The notes beneath the pieces are model-generated. The model made no database searches. It was not told the origin of the DNA and was given only the letters and a program-made list of their open reading frames with translations. The translations under genes and the position numbers were made by a program. This document shows, piece by piece, positions 12,799 to 24,889 of a stretch of 64,000 bases of DNA. The DNA comes from Haliotis rubra (lineage: Eukaryota). The DNA lies in NCBI RefSeq assembly GCF_003918875.1, contig NW_025766103.1, positions 930,001 through 994,000 of the forward strand, read 5' to 3'. Each line of letters starts with the position of its first letter. Within the stretch, counting starts at the first letter, position 1.

Positions 12799-12857
12799 GG
12801 CACCCGTGAAGAGCCACCTCCTCGTGGTGGGTGCTGGGTAACGCTAAGCGCTCTACA
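12799..12857 (+). ncRNA. HDV-like ribozyme, second copy (two mismatches in P2)
   Basis: P1, P3, L3, P1.1 and J4/2 are identical to the 1832-1890 copy; P2 = UGAAGAGCC/CGCUCUACA. Confidence 0.78.
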
Positions 12858-13349
12858 ACCCCCCGTTGTGGACCCGGGGGTATGTTTGGACCACCAACCC
12901 GTTTCCCGTGGGTTGCGCCCCTGTGTCGGTGGAGGACGGGAGTCTGGTGGTTGAGGGCACTGGGAGCCTGGAACCGTGTTCCTTTTGCCCATCACACCAC
13001 TTCGCCCCTTACTTCACCTAGACGGGTGGTTGAATGGGCCCGATTCAATCAATTGGCTGGTCACGCCACGCCCTGTGCATAGTGAATATTATTATTGCAC
13101 ATTTTTACTATTTGGTCTTGGTTATTTGAAATTTCACTACACAAATTAACAATATATTTCATTGAGTCCTATGCCAGAATGCGGTGGCTCATGGGCCAAT
13201 CTGGTTGTTCCTCTGGATTAACTGCAGTATACCACTCCTGTAACCCTTTTGTGTAAGTATGCTGGAACACCGCTTACGTATGACATCACCCTTGTTGGGG
13301 CTCCATGGCGGGCAGGGAACAGGTTTGCTGAACCAATATACATTTCAAC

Positions 13350-13568
13350 ATGGGTAAACACAATCCCAAAAACACAAAACGTCAACTTTCAGAATCTGAT
13401 TCTGAACTTGATTCTGATGAAGATGAAATTGTTTCCAAATTAATATTTATTCCGAAAGGGATACTTGGCCACGCTTTCTTGTTCTGGAAGCAAAAGGTGA
13501 GTGCACCCTTACTTTCTATTCACCATTTCTGTTGGAAAAGGGACTACAAGGTAAAGCCGGTGAATTGA
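13350..13568 (+). pseudogene. ORF1 N-terminal remnant of a related LINE subfamily
   Basis: MGKHNPKNTKRQLSESDSELDSDEDE, then frameshifted WPRFLVLE and GKGLQGKAGELK, paralleling WPCF-LIE and SKGIQGIAGEVK of ORF1 at 1307. Confidence 0.75.
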
Positions 13569-14154
13569 AAGACTAGTTTTACATTTATATAGCTGTGATA
13601 CTCTAGTATATTTACTGTCCTTCGATGACAGGTTTTTACGTTATACATTTATTGATTTGAATATTGATATAAACTGTCATGATATGGCTGCAATATTGCC
13701 GATGTGACGTTAAATTTTAACTCACTCACTAGTATCCCAGTTGCGTCAATGGATGCTCATTAGCCAAGCGGATAAGTGATCAAATTGTGCACTTGGTGTG
13801 ACAAGCATGAAATTTGGCATTATTGTAGCTTACACCCTTCTTATTAAATAAAGATCGAGTGGCCTCGCAGATATTTTTTAATGTTCATATTTTGTGGGGG
13901 AAAAGTGAAAAAAATATTTTTTTCCACTATTTTCGTCATAACTTTTTGAAAAGTCCTCCAATTCTCATAAATCATATATCAAACTGTAGGACCTTCATAG
14001 CTGGTAGTTTTTCATCTATACATGTCTTTCTGTCTTTGACGGTTAGGTCTACGGAATTCAGTTATATCATAACTGCCCGAAAATGGGAAATTTGATGGAC
14101 ATTTTTCAAAATGGCCACCATATAGACTACATCAGTGAAATACGCATTTGGTCT

Positions 14155-15497
14155 TTACATGATGGTGCCAATTCCAAAAGGTCTTCTGGATGATTGGACA
14201 CCACATGTTCTCCAATAGTGCTGATGACTTGTTTTCTGTGCAAGGAAAGCAAAAAGTTCTTTCTTGTTGGCATCACACCTCAGAAATTCTTGCCAGTTTT
14301 CAGGTACACAGGAATTGGATTCCACTCGTCGTCTTTTTCCACTTCCTCGTTTTGTTCTTGCACTGGATTTTATGCTGTCCGCTTTGTATTCGTCGCAGAC
14401 AACATCCACTCTCTGATTGGAGTCCAGAAGAGTCTGCAAGTACTTCAAGAACACATTGTGAGCATATTCATCAAATGTCATTTGAGTTGCTGGCTTTAGC
14501 ATGTTTATTACTGCAGCTCCATCAAGGATTGATACATCAAGATATGGCTTTGAGTCAGTTGGTGGTGAAATTTCTTCAAAGCAATTGAGAAGAACTGATT
14601 TTGAGCATGGACGTAGAGAACCTTGATGAGATATAGATGGTAGGCAAGACTGATTTTCATATCTGAAAAACTCATCCAGATTTCCATCCCTTGACTGACA
14701 AGATATATACAGACGAGAAAACAGGCTGCAGTCAAGTTTGAGACTGTTTATTTGTAACTTTGTCAAAGATGTATTTTTCGTCTCAGGGGGAGGAGATCAG
14801 TGGTAGTTTGTTCTTCTGCAGTGCTGCTGAAAGGGGAAGATTGATCACAAGCCTCTATGTCACAAAGTTTTCATATTGTTTCCTGCCAATCTTTTCCACT
14901 TCCTGTAGCGTACTCAAGACAGAGACGTCCACAATATTCTTTGTTGTTATCACAAGCAGTTCACTACTAACATCTAGGAAAGGGTTTCCACACTCCAAAA
15001 TGACATCAGAAAGGGATTGAACGTCATTCAGAAAATTTGTCAGAGTTGATTTCTTGTTCATGGTGGCAGTTGTCTTCATGGATAGTTCCTGCAGATTCTA
15101 GTGATGTTTGAAATTCTTCAAGAAGTCTGGCAACTTCTGGTCCACCAACAGTCCTTCTTCTTAGGGCAGCATCATTTTCAGTTAAGCCAATAACACCACC
15201 TTCACCCTTGATTGAGGCATTATTTTGTTCATGGGCTTGGTCTATTGGGAGACCTGAGAACAATTTCTTTGTTTTGTGAACAACAAAGTTTCCATTCATG
15301 AATTCAGTTTCTATGGCTGGATGTGCTATCTTGAAAGCTTTCAAGTCATGTATGGACAGACATCCATCTGGCATAGTTTGTATTATCGAGTGCAAACACC
15401 CATGGTGATATTGCCTCCAACATGCACAGTCGCTTACACAGCAATCTAGCTGAAATGTTGAAACTGATCTGAGTTCATTAAGAGGTAAACTAAACAC
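14155..15497 (-). pseudogene. Academ transposase C-terminal region incl. XPG/PIN-like part, frameshifted
   Basis: Motifs PWVFALDNTNYARW, GNFVVHKT..FSGLPIDQAHEQNN..IKGEGGVIGLTEN, LFSRLYISCQSRDGNLDEFFRYEN, ILDGAAVINML, RVDVV.D.Y, NKKELF.FL. Confidence 0.82.
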
Positions 15498-15594
15498 TGT
15501 TTTCTATCAATGTTCACTTTGTTAGTCCGCATAAACTTCGCTTCAAATTCAGGTCCTAGGTTTTCAGAGTATTTTCTTTACTTTTCCGCTTTTA

Positions 15595-16190
15595 GTACAA
15601 AAAAATATATCATATACTCTGTTAAAATATTGATTTACCTTTCTTGTCAGAAGGTGTGCTGGTTGTAGATGCAGTTTAAGATTCTCATTTATTGTTTGAA
15701 GTATTTCCCACTACTGACAAATTCCAAATTCCAAAGTCTTGCATCTTGTCTGAAAGCTTAAAAAACATAAAAACATAATTAAATACAGTATATAAAGTTA
15801 TTTTCGCTTTTTATCGATTTTGTTACAAAAAGAGGATCAACAGAGGTCCTGTACTTGATCCTAAAGTTAAGAAAAGAAGATTTTTTTTTCCAAATTACGA
15901 AAACATATATCATATATTCTGTTAAAATATAGATTTACCTTTTCCTTGTCAGAAGGTGTGCTGGTTGTAGATGCAGTTTAGGATTGTCATAATTGTTTGA
16001 AGTGTTTCCCGCTACTGGAAAAATACAAATTCCAAAGTCCGGCATCTTGTTTGAAAGCTTAAAAAACATAAAAATATTATTAAACACAGTTTAGAAAATA
16101 ATAAATATTATTTTCGAATGTTAATTTTCACTTTTTATCGATTTTATTACAGAAAGTGGATGGACAGACGTTCTGTACTGGATCCTAAAT
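15595..16190. repeat. Two-copy direct repeat (period about 300 bp) inside the Academ element
   Basis: TTGTCAGAAGGTGTGCTGGTTGTAGATGCAGTTTA near 15644 and 15946, with colinear flanks. Confidence 0.9.
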
Positions 16191-18169
16191 TTAACTAGTT
16201 GAAAGAAAATAGTATCTCACAGAGAATGTCAACAAGGGTCTTGGACATGTTTTTCTAAGATCATATTTTTAAGGCTAATATAGGCATTTGCTAGTTAATA
16301 CTTTGCTTGAATATATTATTTCAAAATTATGTATATGATTTTTGATGACTAATTTGGCAAATTGGATATTTAATTTTTTTTTATCTCACTCTTTTTTCTT
16401 TCAAAGTTGAAATCTACATATTAATCAAAATGTCTTGATGCCTGACAAGTGTTTTTCTTGAAAAAAACTGCCAAATAGCCGTAATATTTCCATTGTGCAT
16501 GGAAATCAAAGACTAGAGGTCAAGCTGTTATGAAAGGTGACTCTGTTGTAAAAGGGGATATCGCTCTAGTTTTCTTTGTTATTGTACTGGTGGAGGTACA
16601 ACTCTTTGTTATTAGTGAATGAGGCCTCATATGAATAAAAACAAAACATCATTATTATAATTTTAAAGTTTATTTTGGCAATGCCCATTAGTTTCATAAG
16701 GGGTAAAAAATATTTGTGGGAAGTTTAAACAAAATTAAGTCAGCCATTTCCCCATTTTCTTGAAAAATGACACACCTGGTAATATAAATATACTTCTGGA
16801 GTCCTAACCGCTAAAGATAGAAAGGCATGTATAGATGAAAAATGATACGCTATAAATGTCCTACAATTTGATATGTGATTTATGAGAATTGGAGAATTTA
16901 AAAAAAGGTTATGACGAAAATAGTAGCAACAATGATTTTTTTTTCACTTTTCCCCCCAAAAATATGAAAAATCAAAAAAAATCTGCGAGGGCTCTTGATC
17001 TTTATTTGATAAGAAGGGGAGGCTACAATCATGCTAGATTTCATGCTTGTAACACAAAGTGCACAATTCAGTGAAAAGACTGCACTTATCCGCTGGGCTA
17101 CATGCTACTGATACTGGATTGTCTGCTCAAGACTCGATTTTTTACAGACCGACGCAATGTGGCTGGAATATAGCTGAGTGTGGGGTAAAATTAAACTCAC
17201 TCACTCACTTCTTAGTGGACTCCGGATCATTGGTTCGACTTTGACAACACCATCCATACGTGAGGAGGTCCCCAACGATACGGCTCTACACATATGCTTA
17301 ATGAAGGGTTATACACAAAGAAAAGTGACTTATTTCCGCGCAGTTGTTGAAGTATATTCTCTAAACTATCGTTGGAGTTGCACCATATGCTACATCTCAT
17401 CAATATTTTCTCTCTGCAGGCACGCATATGTTTCAAACGTATTATTATGTTGACATTTGACAAGAAATAAAACCACGAACAAGTGAGTGAGTGAGTATTG
17501 CTTAACGCCGCATCAGCTATTTTGCTGCAAGAAATGTCTTATATTTTGAACTGAACAATATTAAAGTAATGTTGAAAATCAGTCCTATATCACATTCAAA
17601 TGTAAAATAATTCATCTCCGATTTACAATTCTATATTGTTTCATACAGTCGAGTAGTTAGAAACATTTCTCATTGAACAAAATATGAGAACAATTATTCA
17701 AAACATGCACATCGTATTTCAGGAAAACAAATGTGCTTGACCTCAACCTTAACCTATGACACCTATTATAGTGAAGCAGGATACAAATGTTTATCCTTGT
17801 TTTGGAGACAGAAAGTTGTCATATTAATGTAATCTTACACTTATGGGGGTCTTCCTCGCACGTCTGTTTAAGTCACCTATTTTGTAATCTGTGTCGCAAA
17901 ATGTGTCAGAAATAGCACCTTCAGCATCCCCCCCAGTTTTGAAATAGCTTCCTCCTAATGATGGACAAATGTTGTTGATTCGAAATTCATGTTCACCGAT
18001 GCAAAGGATATGCCATGTATTAATAATCTCTAAATTTACACTGGAACCGAGAATATGTATTGTTTTCCATAATGCTTACCTTAACCTGTCAAAAATTTGA
18101 AATTGTTTCTGAACCTGTTTAGTTATATACGACACAATATTTCTGTTTAAATTCACCACAATTCACACA

Positions 18170-19400
18170 GTACTCACATTATTAGTTGTTAGTAAAATGT
18201 TACTGGTCTTTGCTGAAAGAATATCACCAAATATTCTTGCCATATGTGAGGAAAGCATTGATGAACGTATCGGACATTTCCCTGACACATGAAAACCAAG
18301 ATATGTTTTCATGTTGTACGTAATGTATAAACACTACATATACAGAGCAAGTCTGAACTCAACGTTTGCTGTTCGCAATAACACAACGTGTATTCAGCAA
18401 ACATTGGATGAACATCATTAAGGCTATAATGCAACACCAGAGGTATCTAGCTTCTTAATCAAATGAGTCCTTTTTGTAAGAAGTAGATCAAAGTCAGATG
18501 CAAGGGATTCCCGAATAAATAGGCAATGAAAGGATGTGTTGCTGTGTCACGACCATGGTATAGCCCTCCATAGACAATCGATTGACATAACAAATGTCTC
18601 AAGGCAAATGCTAGCACTTAATTTTATGAATCTGCACACTGTGCTACATTTCGGTTTGCCATGAACGAGTTCAAACGAAATGAATATGCTAAACGTGTGT
18701 TACACCTCGTACAACTGATGTAAAATATTCTGATGGAACAGACGTTTGATAAAAAATAGACCTCTTTCAGACATTAAGGAGCCTTGGGCATATTGTGCCT
18801 CATTCCCCGTAAAGGAAAACGTTCTGGTTCCCCCTCATAGTTTTACATTTGGGTGATCTCTTACAAAGATGTGAAATACCTTGTGTATATTGATGACGGA
18901 TGTTGAACAGTGTCCCCATCCTTGGTCTGAAGTTACAATGCAGAAGTTATATTAACGAGTTGATGGCTTCAGGCTTAAAGGCCTTTGGAACCATTCTGGA
19001 ACTTTTCAGTACTAGAATACCATGTTGTCCAAGAGCTTTATGTGATGTTTTCTATTGTCATCATGCCATCGAGGTGCTCAACTTATATACTACACAGATA
19101 TAACCGGCGTAGTCTTTACGTCTGTTAAGCTTTTAACGAACTATTCACCTCCATTAACATTGAGGAGTGAAATAGATGGGGTGTCTTCTCTGAGCTTTCA
19201 GTCTTTTAGAAGCCAAACAGGATCATCTAGCTTCCATCTGTCATTTCCGTAGATTGTTTCCCTAACACAACGTCTATGATCGCCTTCTAGAATAATTGCT
19301 CCAATATTAACAGCCAAACCCTGCATTAGCAACACAATAATGTTAATAGATTCAGACCAAATCCAAATAATTTGGAGACAAGCAGAAAATGAGTAGAACT
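18170..19400 (-). pseudogene. Decayed coding-like segment with hydrophobic N-terminal stretch; product unknown (copies near 39540-40780 and 57730-59060)
   Basis: Protein-like fragments LLALLCCLMQGLA..WKLDDPVWLLK, and a short match to 7610-7640 (GTCCAAGA..TGTGATGTTTT). Many stops and frameshifts. Confidence 0.3.
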
Positions 19401-21999
19401 GTCAACTTTTGGGTTACTTTCGAAATAATATGTTTTTATTTTTATATATATATATATATAAATATTAGGGGGGGGGGCGCAGTTTGTTTGTTGAAGAACA
19501 CATCATTGCATAGTAAGGACGACAGGAGTTACGTGAAAATGTATTGCCACTGAAATGTATAACTGACCGGATCCATGTCGAGGAGTTATATACGAACAAA
19601 AAAACAACACTAAATTACTTTTGTTCATCCATTTCGCTGGCCTACACATATGTAATGCAATGAAATAAAGAGTTTGATAATTATGTTATATTTATATTTG
19701 GTGGGTGTGATAAGGGCTGCAAAGTCACAGGTAAACACGACAAATCGCTCCTCCCGAGAAAAGAATACTAATATTTGAGGCAATGAAAACGGTCTTCACT
19801 TCCCCTGGCGCCAGTCTGTCCATTTGTCACTGGTGTAAGGCAAATTAAATTTGTGAGACGTTGAGAGAGACAATTCAGATGTGACATGTGTCTCTTTGAC
19901 ACACAATCATATAGATTCCATCTAACTGCAAGCACAGACCATAAGTAGAGTAAATAGGCGCTTGATGGTGAATCCTGATTGAAGGGCAACACTAATATTA
20001 AGACATGGGAATATATGTGACTGATTGTATCTGGCTGAATTATCTGATTAGCTGCCTTTTTGGACAATGACAAGTGTAGACAAATATTATTGAAAATAAT
20101 TGATAAGCATTCGGTCTGTAAAAGCTGTGACGACGTGAGCGTACCAATCCAACCGTTGTCGAAGTCGTTACACAAAACGAATGGCTTGTCAGTTAGCAGG
20201 CTGAAATATCTGTTGAACGATATTTTGAAAGGAGACATTAATCCATTTACCAAGAAAACATATGGTGCAACAACAGCAACACAATGGAACCTAATGGTTA
20301 ACTTTATACAGATCAATCGATTAATTGCCGTGACCATTTGGGAATGAATACATTTGTCACGATATGTAAAACGTGTCTAATGTCACATATTAACGGATTC
20401 CTCGACCATAAAGGTTTCGAACAGCAGTTATTGACAAAAATACGTAATGGTCTGAATAAAGCCGAAGTCAAAGGAAACGCTGTTCTCACTTACGTATACA
20501 CTACCTATAAGTAGCTATATCGCAGTTCCTGAGAATCAATGACATTACAAATTTCTGTTTACATGGTGATTGTATCGTATACAGAGGAATGATTTGTATT
20601 TAAAGTATTCTGAGAAATGCGTTGAAGAACGGGACCAGTTCGGCAATGTAAGCGTTTTGCAGATGGTTTTCTTATTTAGGGTACATTGGTGTAATCTCAT
20701 CAACTACCTTACGACAGAATCTTACAGTGGCCAAATAGAAAATTCGATCGCAGCAGCAGATCCAGTGAAATGTTGAAAAGAAATCCCAACCACTTGGTAT
20801 CACAGAATTGTCAGCTGATGTGATTTCTAGCAATTTCTGTCATATAAGTCTGTGACAGCTGCCACGACAACTGCCATACATGAAGTTTGTCGGTCAGTTG
20901 ATACATGCTGTGGTGAATAATACTAGCAATTAACAAGTCCCCAAGGTCCCTGGTATAGTGGTCGACTGTCAGTGTTTAGTGTGCTGTGTATGAAAATATC
21001 CTTTCATGGTTACATGCTATATTTAAATGTAAATCACTGATAGTTTGTGATTTTTCTTCGCTTTGTTGGCTCTTCCATAACTTTTTATGGGCACGATATG
21101 GCCGAAATACTCCCAGTATGATTTTACGTTTAAACCCACTCAATTAGATACCATGTGCCCAAAATAATGCAAAAGCAGTCTGTGTTTTTAAAACCGCTTG
21201 GAATTTTTGTTACCTTTTGACAAAGTGGTCAAAGTATGGTCAGTCTATTCTACATTTCGTCCAATTCCAACTGCATGTATACTCGAAGTAACTATATAGC
21301 TACACTAAATAGGTACATATGGTCCCCTTTATATTCAACCTGTTGAAATACCTCTATAACCTCTGACAGGCATTTAGAACAAGGTAGATTAAAATACGAC
21401 CAGGCATTGCGACAATTGTGGATAATAACTTATTGAATATGTATCTCTCTCGCTCTCTCTCAAATCGAAGCTATCTGCAGCTATTCGTGCATAGTAACGA
21501 TCCTAAAGATAAAAGCATGTATAAAAGACAGTAAACAGCATAGTTAGTGATCATGTTTACTGCACTGGGGCACAAGTATCACATATGATGTCGTCTCATG
21601 CATCTGTTTACTCAGCAATTCTACCCGGTAGGATGAGATTTTAATGTGAGTGTTAAATTGCCTCATATTCTCCTCCAGGTATTTCAAACAAAAAAATAAT
21701 TAACAGAATTTAATTCCCTTTTTCGGTATTTATTAAAACCGATATTTCTATAACGCTGTAAAAATACAATCATCTCAGGTTCTGCTTTGCAGAAAAGGTT
21801 ACCTGATGTACCAAGCCCCAGAATAGTCATGTTGCGTTGATACGATAAATTAAACTTTAATAAATGAAATGCACAAAGTAAACCTTAAATAATTAATTGA
21901 TTCTGGTCTCATAAAAATCCATGCTCAGAATGAGACCACAAATAGACTACATATCCTTAGTTAGAGAACCTTTTTTAATAAGAATGAGGTTGAAAATAT

Positions 22000-23740
22000 C
22001 TAATTAATGATGAAGCTTTCTCCCCAGCATATCAACACATTCATGGCTTCCTGTCAAATAGGGCATTTGAAGAAAATGAAATCGAAGACAGTTGCATTTG
22101 CAGATAAATGAAACACATGATGCTAAAAAAAATACAGCTGCCCGATCGGTAGATTGAAAGGAAATGACTCAAAGATGTCAGCTGAAAAGCGATCGATGGG
22201 CATAACAAATTATGTATTAACGTAAAGGCACGTGATAACGTCACTACATGAAGCAGCTTAACCATTACACTCGAGATTCCAGTATCATATTTTATAAAAA
22301 GAAATCTTACACCAGCGTTTGTATCAATACGCATGAAGGTTTGGGTGATATGCAATGCAACGTGCGTAACCACTTTGAGAAAACCGTTATTGTTTGTATG
22401 TATTGCATAATACATGATCAATATATGTCACATCAATGATATTGTAGAACTGTTACTGTATTTCGAATCACTATTTTAAAAGGACTGTATTACACGAGGA
22501 TGGATGAAATTGATATTTCATGAAGAATGATTTAAATGATCAGCGATGTCACGATTCTGCAAATAATATCACGAAGGGATCACTCTCTAGGCTTCTCCAT
22601 TACAGAACTAATTTTAGGCAATTAATTCTTGTTTCTCGTCCCCTCACGGCAGTGATTCCTTTTGTGATGTATGGAAGGCAAATTGAATTTGTCAGACCAT
22701 AAGAGGTTCAATTACAGAGTTGCAATACTGTCCCGCAGTTTCCTTAATGTCTCTTCTGTACACGCATATATGGTTCCCAAATACGCACGGAACAGACAGC
22801 AAGAGGTGTTTTTTATTGACGTGGTGCAAAAAGCGCTCGTGGACAATCAGCCAATAACCAAATAGTTCTTGGGATAGATACTCTGATTTTCAAGACTCTG
22901 TAGCTTTAATGTCACCAGGCGGGAAAATTAGCTATGATTAGAGCGAATGTTCTTTCACAGCAAGGAAAATCACAGATATATCATGGCAGTATGTATATTA
23001 CTGCATTACTGTGTTAGACAAATGACTGAGCACTACACAAGACATTGGGGACCATGAAATAGAACCAGTAGCCGTTTACGACCAACAGTGGGAAGATAAT
23101 AATCATCTCTTACCTTGGATATCTCTGAGTACCTCATGGAGTGTCTACACTTGGCTGCGTTCTTGGCTGTGTTATAATAATGTTCCTATGTACAACGTGT
23201 CGGAATATGAAAGGGAGTGACCTTTCTCTACACCGTCTGTTCTCATGTGCTGGGTTTCTGAAGTAAGTGGGTGATATGTCTCTACCCCGTCGGGCGCTGT
23301 GAATTCTTAAATGTGAATAGTATAGTACCTCTCCAGTATTTCTTATTTTTAACTCTCGGGCATTACTGAAGTTGACACATCAGCTGTCATCATATAGTGT
23401 GATACTATGTCTTGAATCATGGAGTGACTGACTATATCACCTTACAAATTTAGCTTTGCTGCTCTTTTCAACAAATAACTGATGAAGAGGAAGAAGTTGC
23501 TATAAGCTACCAATACATGTCTTTCACATAGGGTGTTGGATAAAATGTCTTCACACTTCCTGGTTAAGGTCACGGAATGAGGTCAAATGAAATGGATCAT
23601 ATTGGTACCATCAGAAGGCGATCAGTAACGAGGATAGATTGTTGGTAAGACGACTGCCGTCTGTTGTAGCTGGATTTAATCGTGATGGCAGCGTGATGGT
23701 CTGGCCCGGAATGTAAATACACAAACATCAGAAATTAAAC
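22000..23740 (-). pseudogene. Decayed coding-like segment starting at a putative splice acceptor; product unknown (copies near 44440-46160 and 62140-63868)
   Basis: TGTCTTACAG|G acceptor retained in all three units; long semi-open frames; paralogy with 7250-7640. Confidence 0.35.
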
Positions 23741-24587
23741 CTGTAAGACAAAGAATCTGATTATCAGCCTCTGACCTGTCTACGAAGTCACTATGTAGAC
23801 TGTCAATTAGAACAATTGCGCTCTTATGCGTCATTCTTTCCAATCAGTCTTTAACTACATGAAATGACAACTCTATACAATTCATTATTCCAGCACAATT
23901 AAATGGGTAACGCACAAGAACTGTGTACGTCTAGTTTTACTATGTATTTCGTACATATGTTGCGCACGCTGTAACTCGTCGGCAATTTCTAGCCTTATTT
24001 CATGCAATTAGCATATAATCTTTGCACATGTATACAATATTGTATTTATATGTGTGGAGTATTATCCTTATCAGGCTATTCTTTACTTCGAAACTGAAAG
24101 AAAACGGCGGAAATCCTTTCATAGAGTCAACTAACCAGGCAACAAGGCAAACAGATATTACCTGGATTACAGTGTGGCATTGGTGTTCCTATCCTGCAGT
24201 CCCATTGCGCCAAGGTGTCAGTGTTCCGTTTCCAGAAACAGCCACTCCTCAAACTGTGTTCCTATCATGCAGCAAGACGTCTGTAACAACAACTATTAAT
24301 GTTCTCGTCATTCCATTGCTTTAGGTGGTTCTCAGGTTATAGAAACCAATCCATTTGAAGACCGCCTCCCTCCAACATTTAACAACATGAAACCATCCTA
24401 ACCTTTGAACATTCAGTGGTGGGGTTGACGTTTTTTCGACGATATGATCAATGCCTAAAATATTGTTCATCATACGGTTTATCCGATTGATGGGGCACGG
24501 CTTTGTCATTTAATTATGAGATGCACTTCATTGCGAAAATGTGCAAAACCCCCACTTTATTCACCCATACACTCATTCATTCATTTG

Positions 24588-24889
24588 AGGTGAGGTGAAA
24601 TTGGGTTTAACGTCGTGCTTGGGAATATTTCGCTCATATGACGACGTGCATGCGTGTGTATGTGTATGTGCGGCTGCTTGTACTAGCCCAGACTTAAGCT
24701 GGTTTTATAGTGCTAGCCCACTGAGATACCATGCCGCAGTGAAGCATGAATATCCCACTCAGACATATTTTACTGACTCCGAGCCGACCAGTCCTTGTTG
24801 TACCCATTAATGCCGAGCGCCAGGCAAGTTCCATATTTTAACGTCTTTTGGTATGACGCGGTCGGGGATCGAACCCGCGACCCTCCGCT
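24588..24889 (-). mobile_element. 5'-truncated tRNA-derived SINE with a Meta-domain-like body
   Basis: B-box GGTTCGATCCC, body GTCATACCAAAAGACGTTAAAATATGG..TGCCTGGCGCTCGGCATTAA, LINE-like tail with (CCTCA)n, TSD TTCATTCATTTG at 24576-24587 and 24890-24901. Confidence 0.8.

Larger units (their letters stand above)
12799..13729 (+). mobile_element. Short internally deleted non-autonomous derivative of the I-group LINE (5'UTR + ORF1 stub + 3' tail)
   Basis: First about 280 bp match the reverse complement of 1610-1890; the last about 160 bp match LINE 3' ends; (CTCA)n tail; TSD TAGTATCCCAGTT at 12786-12798 and 13730-13742. Confidence 0.9.
13761..17100 (-). mobile_element. Academ DNA transposon, internally deleted
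   Basis: Ends TAGCCAAGCGGATAAGTG and CACTTATCCGCTGGGCTA, long imperfect TIRs (about 300 bp), 3-bp TSD CAT (13758-13760 and 17101-17103), Academ-type coding remnants. Confidence 0.88.
12686..17209 (+). mobile_element. 5'-truncated RUDI/V-like SINE split by two nested insertions
   Basis: Pieces 12686-12798, 13730-13760 and 17101-17209 rejoin to match the uninterrupted copies at 38436-38669 and 56644-56877. Confidence 0.88.

Noticed and set aside
22000-23740. Assignment as secreted kinase, ionotropic receptor, glycosyltransferase or viral protein
   Set aside because: Different frames suggested mutually incompatible families and no diagnostic motif is intact.
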